Shown here piece by piece: positions 13,492 through 26,040 of a DNA stretch of 64,000 nt (positions are counted from its first letter, which is position 1; each line of letters begins with the position of its first letter). Origin of the DNA: Octopus sinensis (taxonomy: Eukaryota). The notes below the pieces were generated by a model, which saw only the letters and a list, made by a program, of their open reading frames with translations, was not told the DNA's origin and did not search any database. A program made the translations under genes and the position numbers. The DNA is taken from positions 112,096,001 to 112,160,000 of the forward strand of contig NC_043001.1 in the NCBI RefSeq assembly GCF_006345805.1, in the 5' to 3' direction.

Positions 13492-13788
13492 AGGAGGCGC
13501 AATAGCCCACTGGTTAGCGCAGCTGATCGCGGTTTCGATACCCAGACCGGGCGTTGTGACTGTTTATTGAGCGAAAACACCTAAATCTCCTCGAGGCTCC
13601 GGCAGGGGATGGTGGCAAACCCTGCTGTACTCTTTCACCACAAATTTCTCTCACTCTTTGTTTCTGTAATCTCCCCGAGAACTACGTTAAGGGCACACGT
13701 GTCTGAGGAGTGCCCAGCCACATACGCGTTAATTTCACGAGCAGGCTCTTCCGTTGATCGGATCAACTGGAACACTCTTCGTTGTAAT
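13492..13788 (+). mobile_element. SINE family A, internally deleted
   Basis: Homology to family A. Confidence 0.85.
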
Positions 13789-14251
13789 TGAGTATAAATA
13801 TAAGGTCCAGGGATCCTAATCTAGTTAGCGCTGTTTGGAAGACACAGAAATGGAGAAAATGAAGTTAAACTTATCGCTTACATGAGTACATTGAAAACAT
13901 TATTCACTCTACAAACAAATTAATTCGACAGATGTGATGGAAAGCTTTCTTCTCTACCACCAGCTCTGATAACCTATGCCACCAATCCTGACTGCGTGAA
14001 TTTAGATCCCTCAAAAGCTCACCTCTTAAACAACACCTCGACAGTTTCGATCAGAACGTTACCAATTTGGTCAAACTCATAAAGAAAAAGAAAGAAAAGA
14101 AGACAAAAGAGGGAAAGAAAGCCTAGAGTTTCTAACTGATGTTGAAATATCGCGATTTCACGTCAAGAGCTGGCTGTATATATCAAATATCTCTCATTGG
14201 ATGCGCCACTGGTTCTGTTGATCATACATATAACGGAACAGTAAACTATAT

Positions 14252-14674
14252 TCTCTTTTACTCTTTTACTCTTTTACTTGTTTCAGTCATTTGACTGCGG
14301 CCATGCTGGAGCACCGCCTTTAATCGAGCAACTCGACCCCGGGACTTATTCTTTTTGTAAGCCCAGTACTTATTCTATCGGTCTCCTTTGCCGAACCGCT
14401 AAGTAACGGGGACATAAACACACCAGCATCGCTTGTCAAACAATGCTAGGGGGACAAACACAGACACACAAACACACATACATATATATATATATATATA
14501 CATATATACGATGGGCTTCTTTTCAGTTTCCGTCTACCAAATCCACTCACAAGGCTTTGGTTGGCCCGAGGCTATAATAGAAGACACTTGCCCAAGGTGC
14601 CACGCAGTGGGACTGAATTCGGAACCATGTGGTTGGTAAACAAGCTACTTACCACACAGCCACTCCTGCGCCTA
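14252..14674 (-). mobile_element. SINE family B
   Basis: Homology to family B. Confidence 0.9.
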
Positions 14675-15067
14675 TATATATATATTATATATATATATAT
14701 ATATTCGTGCGTTACATTTATAAATTCGAATCTAGTTATATTTCCACTGTGAATTTGTAGCTGTGTATGTGTATTTCTAAAGGCAATATACTGATTTCAA
14801 GCAAAGCATTACATTATGACCTGAAGGTTAAACAAGCTATAAGAAATTTCTAAATTTACCGAGGATAGCGTATATACTACCTAATTCTCCGTATTTCTGA
14901 CACTTTGCGAGTGACTATATATACATATATATATATATGTGCGTATATGTTTGTGTGTGTGTGTGTATGTGTGTGTATGATGGAGTGTTTGTATGCATAA
15001 TAGGGTGGTATTATGTTGCCTTTAGATGATTTGTAGTTCTGCTCACTACAGAAGACTAATTCCTTAC

Positions 15068-15208
15068 GTTTTTTTTTAGTTTGTTTACATCTTAAACACT
15101 GTTCGGCAAATTTTGCTTCCAGTAAGTGATTGTAATAACAACTCCGTAGCGTTATATATTTTATCTGATGTATGGACTGACTACTTCCAAAAATGTAATT
15201 TTCTTTCT
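15068..15208 (-). other. Candidate internal coding exon (141 nt, phase 1-1), unidentified gene
   Basis: Acceptor cacctacAG and donor GTaagg; open frame EKENYIFGSSQSIHQIKYITLRSCYYNHLLEAKFAEQCLRCKQTKKK; no recognised homology. Confidence 0.25.
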
Positions 15209-15514
15209 CTGTAGGTGAATATAAAACTGATCCAACCTTCATTATTATGTATGTGTTAAGTTTAACACTATGCGGCTATAATTTACCTGTTCGGTTATAT
15301 GTAAATGTCATAACCTAAAAACATATTGTTTGTTAGTTTGAATGCACTCGAGAACGTGTGTATATTTGAATTATTTTTTATTATTTGAAATTAAATATAA
15401 GTTATTTTTTGTCATCAGTTATATAATTAATGCATTCTGAAATTCATACATTGAAATATATTAGATATACATATATTAGGTTGGCAAGAAAGCAAGTTGC
15501 TTTCTTTTATAATC

Positions 15515-15825
15515 AACACAATGTCTAGTTTCCTATTCTCTATCTCACGGGTGCACTGAATCATAAAATCCCATAGGATCTTTGCATTATCATTTTCGAT
15601 GATACCTTTGAGTGTATATTCGTACCACTAGTGTGATCTGTCAAGTCCATACTTGTTGCAAAGTTTCCTGTCCAATGGACACTCCTTGCTATATTTTCAT
15701 GACGCCTCTTAAATTCTCTCTGGTCTAGTGGCGTACATTGACTGATAATATGATATAAGGTTTCACCATTTTATCCAGAAATTCTGCACTTATCACTTTC
15801 TGATGTGTTGTCTAATTTGGCCCCA
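15515..15825 (-). mobile_element. Decayed R4-like RLE fragment
   Basis: Minus strand ETLYHIISQC..REFKRRHENIAR..HW; ENDNAKILWDFMIQC. Confidence 0.7.
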
Positions 15826-15859
15826 GATAACATTGAACAGCAAAGGTGTTAAAGTGACA

Positions 15860-16400
15860 TGTAGAGCAAAGACAAGGAGCACAAGAAGGATGCTGAATGG
15901 TTGCAAGAACTGAAACAAACATTAGTCTGTCCAAAACAGACAGAAGAAGTCCTTTCAGTTTGGGAAGGGAAGGCCATCAGCAAAAATGGGCAATCGGAAG
16001 GTCCCGGCACCAGATGGAGTTCAAAGCTATTGCATCAAAAGATTTGGTGAATGTCATGCACGAATAGCTGCACAGCTCAACACCTTGTTAAATACCGACC
16101 AAGTAACACCAGAGTGGCTGAAAATGGGTAGGACAGTTCTGTGCTTGGAAAACATCGAAAAAGACAGTACCGTAGACAAATATCAGGCCGATATCCTGTT
16201 TTCTACTTATGTGGAAGTTATTGAATGGAATAGTCGCAGATTCAATGTACGAACATCTGGAAAAATGGAGACCTGCCACATGATAATAAGGGTTGCAAGC
16301 GTAAGTGCAGAGGTAGCAAGGATCAGCTCCTGGTAGATAAAACTGTACTTAGAGACTGCGAGAAGAGAAAACAAACTTAGCCATGTCATCGATCGATTAT
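15860..16400 (+). mobile_element. Decayed R4-like RT N-terminal fragment
   Basis: KVPAPDGVQSYCIKRF...PEWLKMGRTVL; KDQLLVDK. Confidence 0.75.
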
Positions 16401-16790
16401 CATAAGGCGTACAATTGTCCAACATTTGTCTGAATGTTTTTTATCATACCTAATGCACCTACTATGATAGGAATCGTTTCTACTTTTAGACTCCACATTC
16501 GAGTTATCTCTATTTCCAGATATTTCTCTTTTGAAAGTATCTCCGTTTCTTTTAGAGAAACGTTGTCATCTGTTGGTAGTGAGACATCAATTAAAAAGCA
16601 TTTCTTGGTGATCTCTGACAACTATTTCCGGCCTATTGGCCTTAATTTCTCTGTGTGTACTGGCATATCCAAGAGTATGGTTGCTTTCTGATTTCCTGTG
16701 ACCTTTTCTAGCGTGTATCAATACCATATTTGTTTTGCTGTTATTATATAGTGTTGGCAAAGCTTCCAGTGTATATAGATGTGTTTACTC
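16400..16790 (-). mobile_element. Decayed R4-like RLE fragment
   Basis: KKCFLIDVSLPTDDNVSLKETE..YLEIEITRMWSLKVETIPIIVGALG. Confidence 0.8.
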
Positions 16791-17499
16791 TAGGCTTGCT
16801 CTAGGCCTTCTTACATCATTTGAAAAAATTTTCTCATATTTTTATGTGTCTAATTGTAGCCTTATCATTTACTCGCCGGACAAAATACTCGACAGAATTT
16901 CGTCCGTATTCGCGTTCTGATTTAAAATACCGCGGAGGTTGATTTTGCATGTTAACCTCCATCGATCGATAAAATTAGTGTCATTTGAGCACTTGAGACA
17001 TATAATCGACTAGCCCCATTCTCTCAAACTTACAGGCATGGGGCATATAGTAGAAATGGCTATTTCCATATCTCCTGTTTGCATTTAAGTCGAGATGCTA
17101 AAAAGTTCTCTGTGAAAAATTTCTCTTTGCGTGACGAAAGATATAATTTTTTTTTTATTTCATGTTCCTTTAATGTCGATGTTGTATTTGCCTGTCTCTC
17201 CCCTGACGTTGCGCTTGTGCATGTTTTCTTTTCGTTGTTGGTGGTAGCGATTCGGTGGCAGAGTGTTGTCTGTGTCTAGTGTAATTTTGGTGTTACTGAT
17301 GCTGTGTTTATTCTGTAATGCTTTCCAAGTATAGCCATTCTCGAAAAAAAAAAAACAAAGAAAAGAGAAAGAGAAACTTTACGCATATATTTACGTTTTC
17401 CCCTCCTCCGCACAGGATGAGCTTTACACATCTGAAAGATTCGATGCAAATGCTGTTGAAGGTGTGCTTTTGTTAGTGTCCATGTGCATTAGTATTTGA

Positions 17500-17738
17500 A
17501 AGGCGGCGAGCTGGCAGAAACGTTAGCACGCCGGGCGAAATGCTTAGCGGTATTTCGTCTGCGTAACGTTGTGAGTTCAAATTCCGCCGAGGTCGACTTT
17601 GCCTTTCATCCTTTCGGGGTCGATAAATTAAGTACCAGTTACGCACTGGGGTCGATGTAATCGACTTAATACCTATGTCTGTCCTTGTTTGTCCCCTCTG
17701 TGTTTAGCCCCTAGTGGGTAATAAAGAAATAGGTATTT
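17500..17738 (+). mobile_element. SINE family C
   Basis: Homology to family C. Confidence 0.88.
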
Positions 17739-18740
17739 GAAAGAGGAGGAGAGGGGGAGAGTAGGGAATGGGTTTTAGGTTGAAACTTCCCCTGGCTGAT
17801 GGGGTTTGGTTTTGTCATTGATTATGTAGTTGTTGTTTCTGTTCTTTTTCGCTGCTGATGGTGAGACTGCTGTCTTGCTGCTGCTAATACTATACTAGTT
17901 TGTGCTGTTGCTGCCTTTGTTCTCTTTGCTGCAGCTATTTGTTTCTGATTTACGCTGTTGCTGCTGTTGTTGTTGGGGTGCGGTGTTGGCATTAATGTGA
18001 GCATTTTTTACCCTATCAATTGTTGAGGATAAAGAAAAAGTGTATCCCCTAAATTCATCTGCATTTACCTTCATTTTAATCTAAGGAAGTTGTTGCGCCC
18101 CTCCAAGACAACGCCAACCAATGTCCACCAGGTGACCGAGCTCAGCGAAAATTGCTTTATATTAAACCGGCAGATCTTTATTCCTAAATACTTTGAGCAA
18201 GCGTTAGATTCTCTGTAGAGAATAGAAATTACTGTGTGCTTCAATGAGGACATTTCTTTTGAAAGAGACCAACTCAGTTCCGGACTATTTTTCTAAGTTC
18301 ACATATTGTTATGTCTGCACCTGTAACTTTGTGGTCTCTTTGTACCTCATACGCGGTCAATAAATGATATTCGTTCCAAAGGCATTGAAAGAAATGTAAA
18401 TAGGTAATAGAGTTTATTCGCAGCAAATATACAGCGAACATTATTGTGTTTACATGAAATACTTTCCTCACGCAGCACTTCACATGTTTTTCGGAAATCA
18501 AGAGACTTTAAAGAATGCATTATAAATTCAACCTTTAATAATGTAGCAAAAAAATACGTTTAATTCATTGTAACCGACGTTTGAGGATTGTTATTGATTA
18601 GATGTTTAAAACGCTTTATTGTTTCTTGTTTTCTCTCCAGAGAACACTAAAAAACATTTGATTAAAAAGTATAATATTGTATTTTGGCCGCTTCTATACA
18701 TTATCAAGGAATATATCGAGACACTCACTCACATACCCCC

Positions 18741-18790
<50 letters not shown>

Positions 18791-20754
18791 TTCTTAAGTG
18801 TGCGTATTTGTATGTAGATTTATAATAATACTAATGATTGTAAAGGCTGCTGTAACATTTATAGCAACACCGTGAATAAAATGGCGTAAATAAAAAATGT
18901 TATATAAATCCTATTGAACACGGTTTATTGTTCTGACTTGTAACGATAATTTCCGAACAATTTAGTCATTTATTTCAAAAAACGTGTAATGCGTGTATTA
19001 TCGATTTCTGTCACGTACACGAAACATCATATTAACAGAGAGGAGTGATTCAGTTTGTTTGTCGTTTAATACTTTTGAAAGGGCCATTAACCATGTAAAA
19101 ATTGCAGTAAACATTATCGATATATGTCATCAAAACGAGCAAAATGGCGTCTTCTTTCGGCGTCTTGCTACAGTATATAGCCAACAATCATAACATTCAT
19201 TGATGCAGTGCATACAGCTCGTAAGAGACATGAAGTGTATTAGTAATATGTACAATAAGATGGAACGACACTCAATACTTAAATATTTCGTGCCGGGATG
19301 AAACATTTCCAATGCATTCGTCGTGGAAGATTCTGTTTTTTTCCCATCAAAATACAGATTCAATAGTTATATACATTTTGCGAATGTATGAAGCTATTAT
19401 AAGAAACTAAACTGATGTTCTATGTGAAAGTGTTTACTAGGTAAGAAGATATTTATGAGATATCATTGAATATGTATTATATATTTATACATATGTATTG
19501 AGCATAAAGAAATATGCATGATATAAAAAAATTACAATTTGTATTATTAAACTATCAAATAAATCGGCAAATTGGAAGAATCTTTAGCTGTCTCGACCTT
19601 GTGAGTACAAGTTTCTCCGAGGTCGATGTTGCCTTTCATTCTTCCGGGGTCGATAAAGTTAAATACCAGTTGAGCAGTGGGGTTGATGTAATCGTCTTGA
19701 CCCCTGCCTTGAAATTTCTACCATTGTGCCAAAATTTGAAGCCATTATTAAATTAAATATAATTTACAAAGTGTCAGATACACGCATTCTCCGAGAGTGA
19801 AGTGTTACAATTTTCGTAAGTACGACATTACTTTCCATTGAAAATAGTTCAATTAAATAGAAACGAAGAGAAAAAACGCACGTATCGATTACTTAATTTT
19901 TAATCTTAAAATACTAAAAAATTGGACGATGAAAATTTGTGTAAAAAAATGTTTAAGAAATTTGTTAAGCATTTCATAATGCACTTATACCAGCTGAATC
20001 AGATGTACAGATAATAATATAAAAATATAACTTTAGAGTTATTGCTTAATATAATTAAATTTGCAAAAGACAGAAATATATTCAGTTGAGAAGAAATCAT
20101 ATATGAAAATAACAATGAATGAAAATAGCATTAGAGAGATTATACGTTAGGAGAAACACAAACGCCAACGTCCATTATATTTTGTATTTAGTAAAGAATA
20201 GAACTATAGTAGATGATGGCTGTTGCTTTCGTAGTTGTTTAAATTAACGGTCATATACATGCTGTAATATTGCAGCAGGTATAGAGTTATATCTGGATTA
20301 CTACTAATTAATCCCAGACTGCTTAAAACTTTAAATTAATTTCACTTCTAAAAATATTTATAGCATGTATTATTATTTTATGGTTTATAAGAATTAAACC
20401 GCAGATTTTTAATTTCGTTTATCTTAAAATATTGTCAATAGATGCACTGACATAAAAATGCACATGTAAAGTATTTGATGCATAATAGATTAAAACAACG
20501 ATACCTATTAAAATATTTTATTAGCTATAATAAATATTTTCAATTGCACTAAAAATAAATAACGTTACGAAGAGAACAATGATAAATATTTATAATACTG
20601 ACTAGCGCGCAAATTTAGCCGTCAGCAGAATAAAATCTGTGTTGGTAGCGTTAAGTGCTTAACCATGTCTTAAACATTTAAATCACTAAGTAATCTAAAT
20701 ACAAGAACACTTATGGATCAGGCAGAAAACAATGTATAATCATAGAAGGTTTCA

Positions 20755-20834
<80 letters not shown>

Positions 20835-20845
20835 CTCTCTCTCTA

Positions 20846-20891
<46 letters not shown>

Positions 20892-20897
<6 letters not shown>

Positions 20898-21382
20898 TTC
20901 GTAAATATCATCACACACAACATGAGCAAAATTTCTTCGTAAGAAAATACATATTCAAATAAGTAAAACATAATATCATGAATAGTGATAGCGAAACCGG
21001 TCGATATATTAAAAATTATATTAAAACTATGTAAAGTCTGCGTATTTTCCTTTTATAATTTGTTATATACATTATAACTCACCAAGTGGGGATAATCGAA
21101 ATTCCTCCTTTCACTTACTCCTACTATATATATATATTATATATATATATATTCATTCGTAAATATCATCACACACAACATGAGCAAAATTTCTTCGTAA
21201 GAAAATACATATTCAAATAAGTAAAACATAATATCATGAATAGTGATAGCGAAACCGGTCGATATATTAAAAATTATATTAAAACTATGTAAAGTCTGCG
21301 TATTTTCCTTTTATAATTTGTTATATACATTATAACTCACCAAGTGGGGATAATCGAAATTCCTCCTTTCACTTACTCCTAC

Positions 21383-21384
<2 letters not shown>
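20892..21384 (+). repeat. Tandem direct duplication, 258-bp period, each copy with a decayed HHR-like motif
   Basis: 20892-21125 matches 21150-21383; ATATC-ATGAATA...GC-GAAA-CCGG-TC-GATAT at 20973 and 21231. Confidence 0.85.
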
Positions 21385-21413
<29 letters not shown>

Positions 21414-21424
21414 TATATATATAC

Positions 21425-21731
21425 GTTTAAATATTTGTTGTGCAAGATTTTTTATGTGAAGTCGTGTGTTGAAACAGATATTGTTATATTTCGGAATGGT
21501 CATATTGCCAGTTTAGCCAATAAAAACACACGCACTATATATTTGGTGTTATTTTGCTTCAGTGATATTTATTTTTTACATTAATCTTAATCTTATTTCG
21601 GCCAAAGAACTTTGGCCGAAGTAAGATTAAGATTAATGTAAAAAATAAATATCACTGAAGCAAAATAACACCAAATATATAGTGCGTGTGTTTTTATTGG
21701 CTAAACTGGCAATATGACCATTCCGAAATAT

Positions 21732-21740
<9 letters not shown>
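21425..21740. mobile_element. Fold-back copy of the same pLTR-like family
   Basis: Near-perfect palindrome 21478-21739 with ~130-bp arms centred at ~21609, set in (TA)n. Confidence 0.7.
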
Positions 21741-21781
<41 letters not shown>

Positions 21782-21785
<4 letters not shown>

Positions 21786-22045
21786 AATTGCTGCGTGAAA
21801 GGTGTTTGTAAGCCATTTAAGAAACACACAAAAGCCGTTCGATTCACGGATTTTTGTCAGTGAACAGGTCGCGGTCTTAAAGCGACGAAAATATTTTGTG
21901 ACAAATTAAACTTTAATGTTGAAGTGAATCGAACGGCTTTTGTGTGTTTTTTAAATGGCTTACAAACACCTTCCACGCTGCAATTGTTTTCGTTTCAGCA
22001 CACGATCTCAGATCAAATCACTTGCTATGCAAGTACATCTCCGTT
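21782..22045 (+). mobile_element. PLE pLTR-like element with inverted 5' duplication
   Basis: 21782-21847 is inverted relative to ~21924-21990; a decayed HHR lies between the arms; (TA)n flanks. Confidence 0.55.
21853..21905 (+). ncRNA. Degenerate hammerhead motif
   Basis: TTTGTCA-GTGAACA-G-GTCGC...GCGAC-GAAA-ATATTTTG-TGACAAA; stems I and II intact, core decayed. Confidence 0.45.
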
Positions 22046-22062
22046 ATATATATATATATTTA

Positions 22063-22103
<41 letters not shown>

Positions 22104-22514
22104 CCCCGCTCTTACATTGAGACAAAGATAAATAAAGACAAGCAGTGAATTTGAGGGTGTACTTTATAATTCGTTGGCAAATGTTGGTGTGAGATCAGGG
22201 TTTCACGTACTACCGACATAATAACTGATGTAATATATTTATTTTTACTAATGTTGTTGATCTTCTTGATGATAAACTCCATCCCGTATTATCTCTGATC
22301 AAGCCGTTCTGTGACCAAAGGCATACTCCCGATGATCATTCCGTCTTATGCATAATCATAATCGTATAGAATCATACTTAGCTATATTTTTTCTTGTTGT
22401 GATTTGAGGGAGAAAACTGAGCTCTCTTTCTCACACGTCAAGCAAACAATTCTTGCAGTTATTTCGTGTTCGTTAAGTATGAATAATCGCGGACTACCTG
22501 TTTCTCATTTTCAC

Positions 22515-23131
22515 TCATTCCATAAGTTCTGTCCGATTTGACTTTTTTTAAAAAATCGAATGAAATTTAATAGTATTTTACAATGTGTAATGGAATTAAA
22601 AAGGTTCTTCTCTCTATCTGGTAGGATTGCAAAGGAGTAATTCATTTTGAATAGTTACCACCTAATGCAATAATGAATGCTCAAGTCAGCAATTAGAGCG
22701 TTTGAACCAAGCTTTGAAGAAAAAAAGACCCGCTTTATTGAATCTCAAAGGAGTGACGTTTCATCAGGAAAATGCACGACCCCACCCTGCAAAGATTACA
22801 TCACAGAAGATGGAAGAGCTTGGTTGTGAAAAAATTCCTCATCCACCTTATTCTCCCAAATTTGCCCCTTCAGATTACCGTTTCGTAGTTTACAGAATCA
22901 TTTGGAGGACGTAACTTTCGCAAGCCAGGAGAAGGTCGAAACTGACATTTCAGAGTACTTTGCTTTGAAACCAAACAAGAGATTTACATTGATGGGATTA
23001 AAAAGCTTGTAAATAGATGGAAGGAAGTCATAAATAATCAGGGAAAATAGATGATTAAATTTCCATTAAATATAACATTTCATCACTTGTTTTCTTTATT
23101 CAAAATTCGGACAGAACTGATGGGATGAACT

Positions 23132-23135
<4 letters not shown>
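22515..23135 (+). mobile_element. Internally deleted mariner transposon
   Basis: TIRs TCATTCCATAAGTTCTGTCCGA / TCGGACAGAACTGATGGGATGA; FHQENARPH and HPPYSPKFAPSDY motifs. Confidence 0.88.
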
Positions 23136-23180
<45 letters not shown>

Positions 23181-23185
<5 letters not shown>

Positions 23186-23630
23186 GAATGTAACATAATA
23201 AAACATTATGGAGGATATATTATAAATATCATTTATAGTATATCCTCCGTAATGTTTTATTACTTTACTTTCTAATTATGTAATTTTTCTCAACTCATAT
23301 CCAGTGATTTTGCCGTGGATCGAATGAATTTACCCGTCTGTTCACATAAAGGCTTTGCATGGAATTTGAATTCAAAACTTGAAAGGGTAGATAAGGGTTG
23401 AAACATTCTTCTTGGTAGCCCCACGGTAAATATTTCCCCTGACGAGACGACTGGGTCCTTTAAGAGGTCCCTAACGTCGAAATTGCAATAGGGAATTAAC
23501 CAGTTGTTCTGTCGCCCGCAGACAGTTTTTTTTTATTGTGAAAAGAAATAATAAGAGTAATAAAATTGCTTAATAGCAGTTTTGGCTGCTATATTTAAAA
23601 TGCAAGGATTTTGAAACCCTTTTAGTTATA
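23181..23630 (+). mobile_element. PLE pLTR-like element (5' hairpin plus intact HHR)
   Basis: Hairpin at 23181-23277 directly after (TA)n, followed by the HHR at 23434. Confidence 0.5.
23434..23495 (+). ncRNA. Minimal type I hammerhead ribozyme (PLE-type)
   Basis: TTCCC-CTGACGA-GACG...CGTC-GAAA-T-TGCA-ATA-GGGAA: intact core, palindromic TGCA loop III, AUA triplet. Confidence 0.8.
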
Positions 23631-23806
23631 ATTGTGTATTGTTCATAATTATAAACATTCATATCACAGACACACCCATACACACACACGCACACACACA
23701 CACACACAAACATATATATATATATATATATATATACGACGGGCTTCTTTCAGTTTCCGTCTACCAAATCCACTCACAAGTAGAAGACACTTGCCCAATG
23801 TGTCAC

Positions 23807-23848
<42 letters not shown>

Positions 23849-24083
23849 AGATAGATAGATAGTGTTAAACACTTTAGGTATGCAAATAAATGTCTCCATC
23901 AAAGAGTAACTGCTGCATTTGTTGATTATATAAACATTGTGGCTGTCTGTCTCAATGGAGACTGTCAGAATGATGTAGACGTCGCTGATGAGAACCCAAT
24001 AAGGTTCAAAAATCAATTAAGGTTGTTCATCTTTATTTCAGTCTGCGGAGAAATGGCTAAAATTTGCCCTGTTTATAATTATG

Positions 24084-24161
<78 letters not shown>

Positions 24162-25649
24162 TATATATATGCATATATGGATATGTTCTATTATATTGAA
24201 CAGCGTTTATTACGTGTACAACACATTTGCATGTTAGTCACATCTTTTTTAAGAATCGCTCCATCGCCTTCATTACCTGGAAAGCAGAAGCCATTTTCCT
24301 CGACCCGGTGTTTACGATGAAAGAGGTTGCATGATAGACAAAATGAAAAGAATGATAAAAAGGCACATTTCTCATTGCCCAAGCCCATATTTTGTTCTTC
24401 AAATTTCATTTGACGAAATATTTGGAAGTTGATACAAAAGACCAGTAAAAGTTACTCAAAGTCATGTCGGATCAGCAAGTAATGTCAGCTTGATCGTATG
24501 CAGTTTCTCCTTTTGTGGGATATCTCCTTTCTTTCCTTTTGTATTCTTATCTTCCATGATTTTTTTTGTTACATAATCGATTCTGCTCACATTTTTTATA
24601 TTCCACTTATAATCAATAATGAAAATAGTAGTGTCCACTTAATCGATTTATAATCATTATAACTCGTCCCTATTTTAATAAAACCTCCTTGTAATGTCTC
24701 ATTATCCATTACCCTTGTGGCAAAATAAATCTCAATTATTATATGTTGCAGACGCTAAACACATTCAAACAGGCTGTATTGGACTAGGTATATTACAATG
24801 TGGCAATAAACTATCCGTCAATTATAATACCATTCTGTATATAGAAGGTAAAATATCTTTCATTCATTATTACACAGGTTTCACTGTGTGACATATCAAA
24901 CCAGTTATTTGTATGTCACACAGTGTTTGCGGTGGTAATCAATATGCGACATTTTCTATCTATGAAAACATCCTTGAGGTCTAAACGCTTCTGTGTGAGT
25001 TTGTTATGTAAAGAGTTATGACGCAAAACGATTTGACATTAGGTAGCGGAATAATCTAGATGTCGACTGAAATAATTGTGTTAGGTTTGACGTGTTCAGA
25101 AGTCACAAATAAGATTTCCGATTCACTTGATTACGATTTTATTGTCGTGTGCTTATGTGACTGTAAATCTAACTGTCTTGTGTTGTTATCGTTTTTGTTT
25201 GCGCCTTGGTCAACATTCAGAATCTGTTGGTTTATATAGAATTAACTCGGGAGTTCTAAGATATATATGAGTTATGCTATTCATTTAATCCTTGCCAATT
25301 TAGCTAGAGGGGCAGCGATGGCAGTGGTGGTAGGGTTAAAATTGTAAAATTGAAAAATATTTTGCTGTTAATTCTAGGAGGTCTACCGGGCACGTAGAGG
25401 CTCTCGTTTGTGAATACTATCTGATATCCTTATGAATTTTCTCCACCTCTTGCAAACAAACAATTTTTACTTCCCTTCCCAACTCTCACATTCTTGAGTT
25501 ATATATAAACAAATAATTTGCCACTCACAGTACGCAACACCCTCAGTAAACAATTAAAAACTCATCTCTCTCTAATGAATGGTTCTGGCCTGAAACGTTA
25601 AGCATCTCTTATGCCCAAATATAGAAATTTTCACAGCTCCATGAACATA

Positions 25650-26040
25650 TAGGCGTAGGAGTGGCTGTGTGGTAAGTACCTCGCTTACGAACCACACGGT
25701 TCCAGGTTCATTCTCACCTTGGGCAAGTGTCTTCTACTATAGCCTCGGGCCGACCAAAGCCTTATGAGTGGATTTGGTAGACGGAAGCTGAAAGGAGCCC
25801 GTTGTATGTATGTATATATATGTATGTGTATGTGTATATGTTTGTGTGTCTGTGTTCGACCCCCCAACATCGCTTGACAACCGATGTTGGTGTGTTTACG
25901 TCCCCGTAACTTAGCAATTCGGCAAAAGTCACCGATAGAATAAGTACTAGGCTTACAAAGAATAAGTCCTGGGGTCGATTTGCTCGACTAAAGGTGGTGC
26001 TTCAGCATGGCCGCAGTCAAATGACCGAAACAAATAAAAG
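25650..26040 (+). mobile_element. SINE family B
   Basis: Homology to family B. Confidence 0.9.

Noticed and set aside
18069-18212. 144-nt minus-strand exon candidate with good splice sites
   Set aside because: Stop codons in all three frames.
19130-19363. Cys-rich ORF with a hydrophobic stretch
   Set aside because: Short, no homology recognised and no splice support.
23980-24015. CTGATGA-GAACC-caataa-GGTTC-AAAA hammerhead-like motif
   Set aside because: GAAA is replaced by AAAA and stems I and III are not convincing; at best a fossil.
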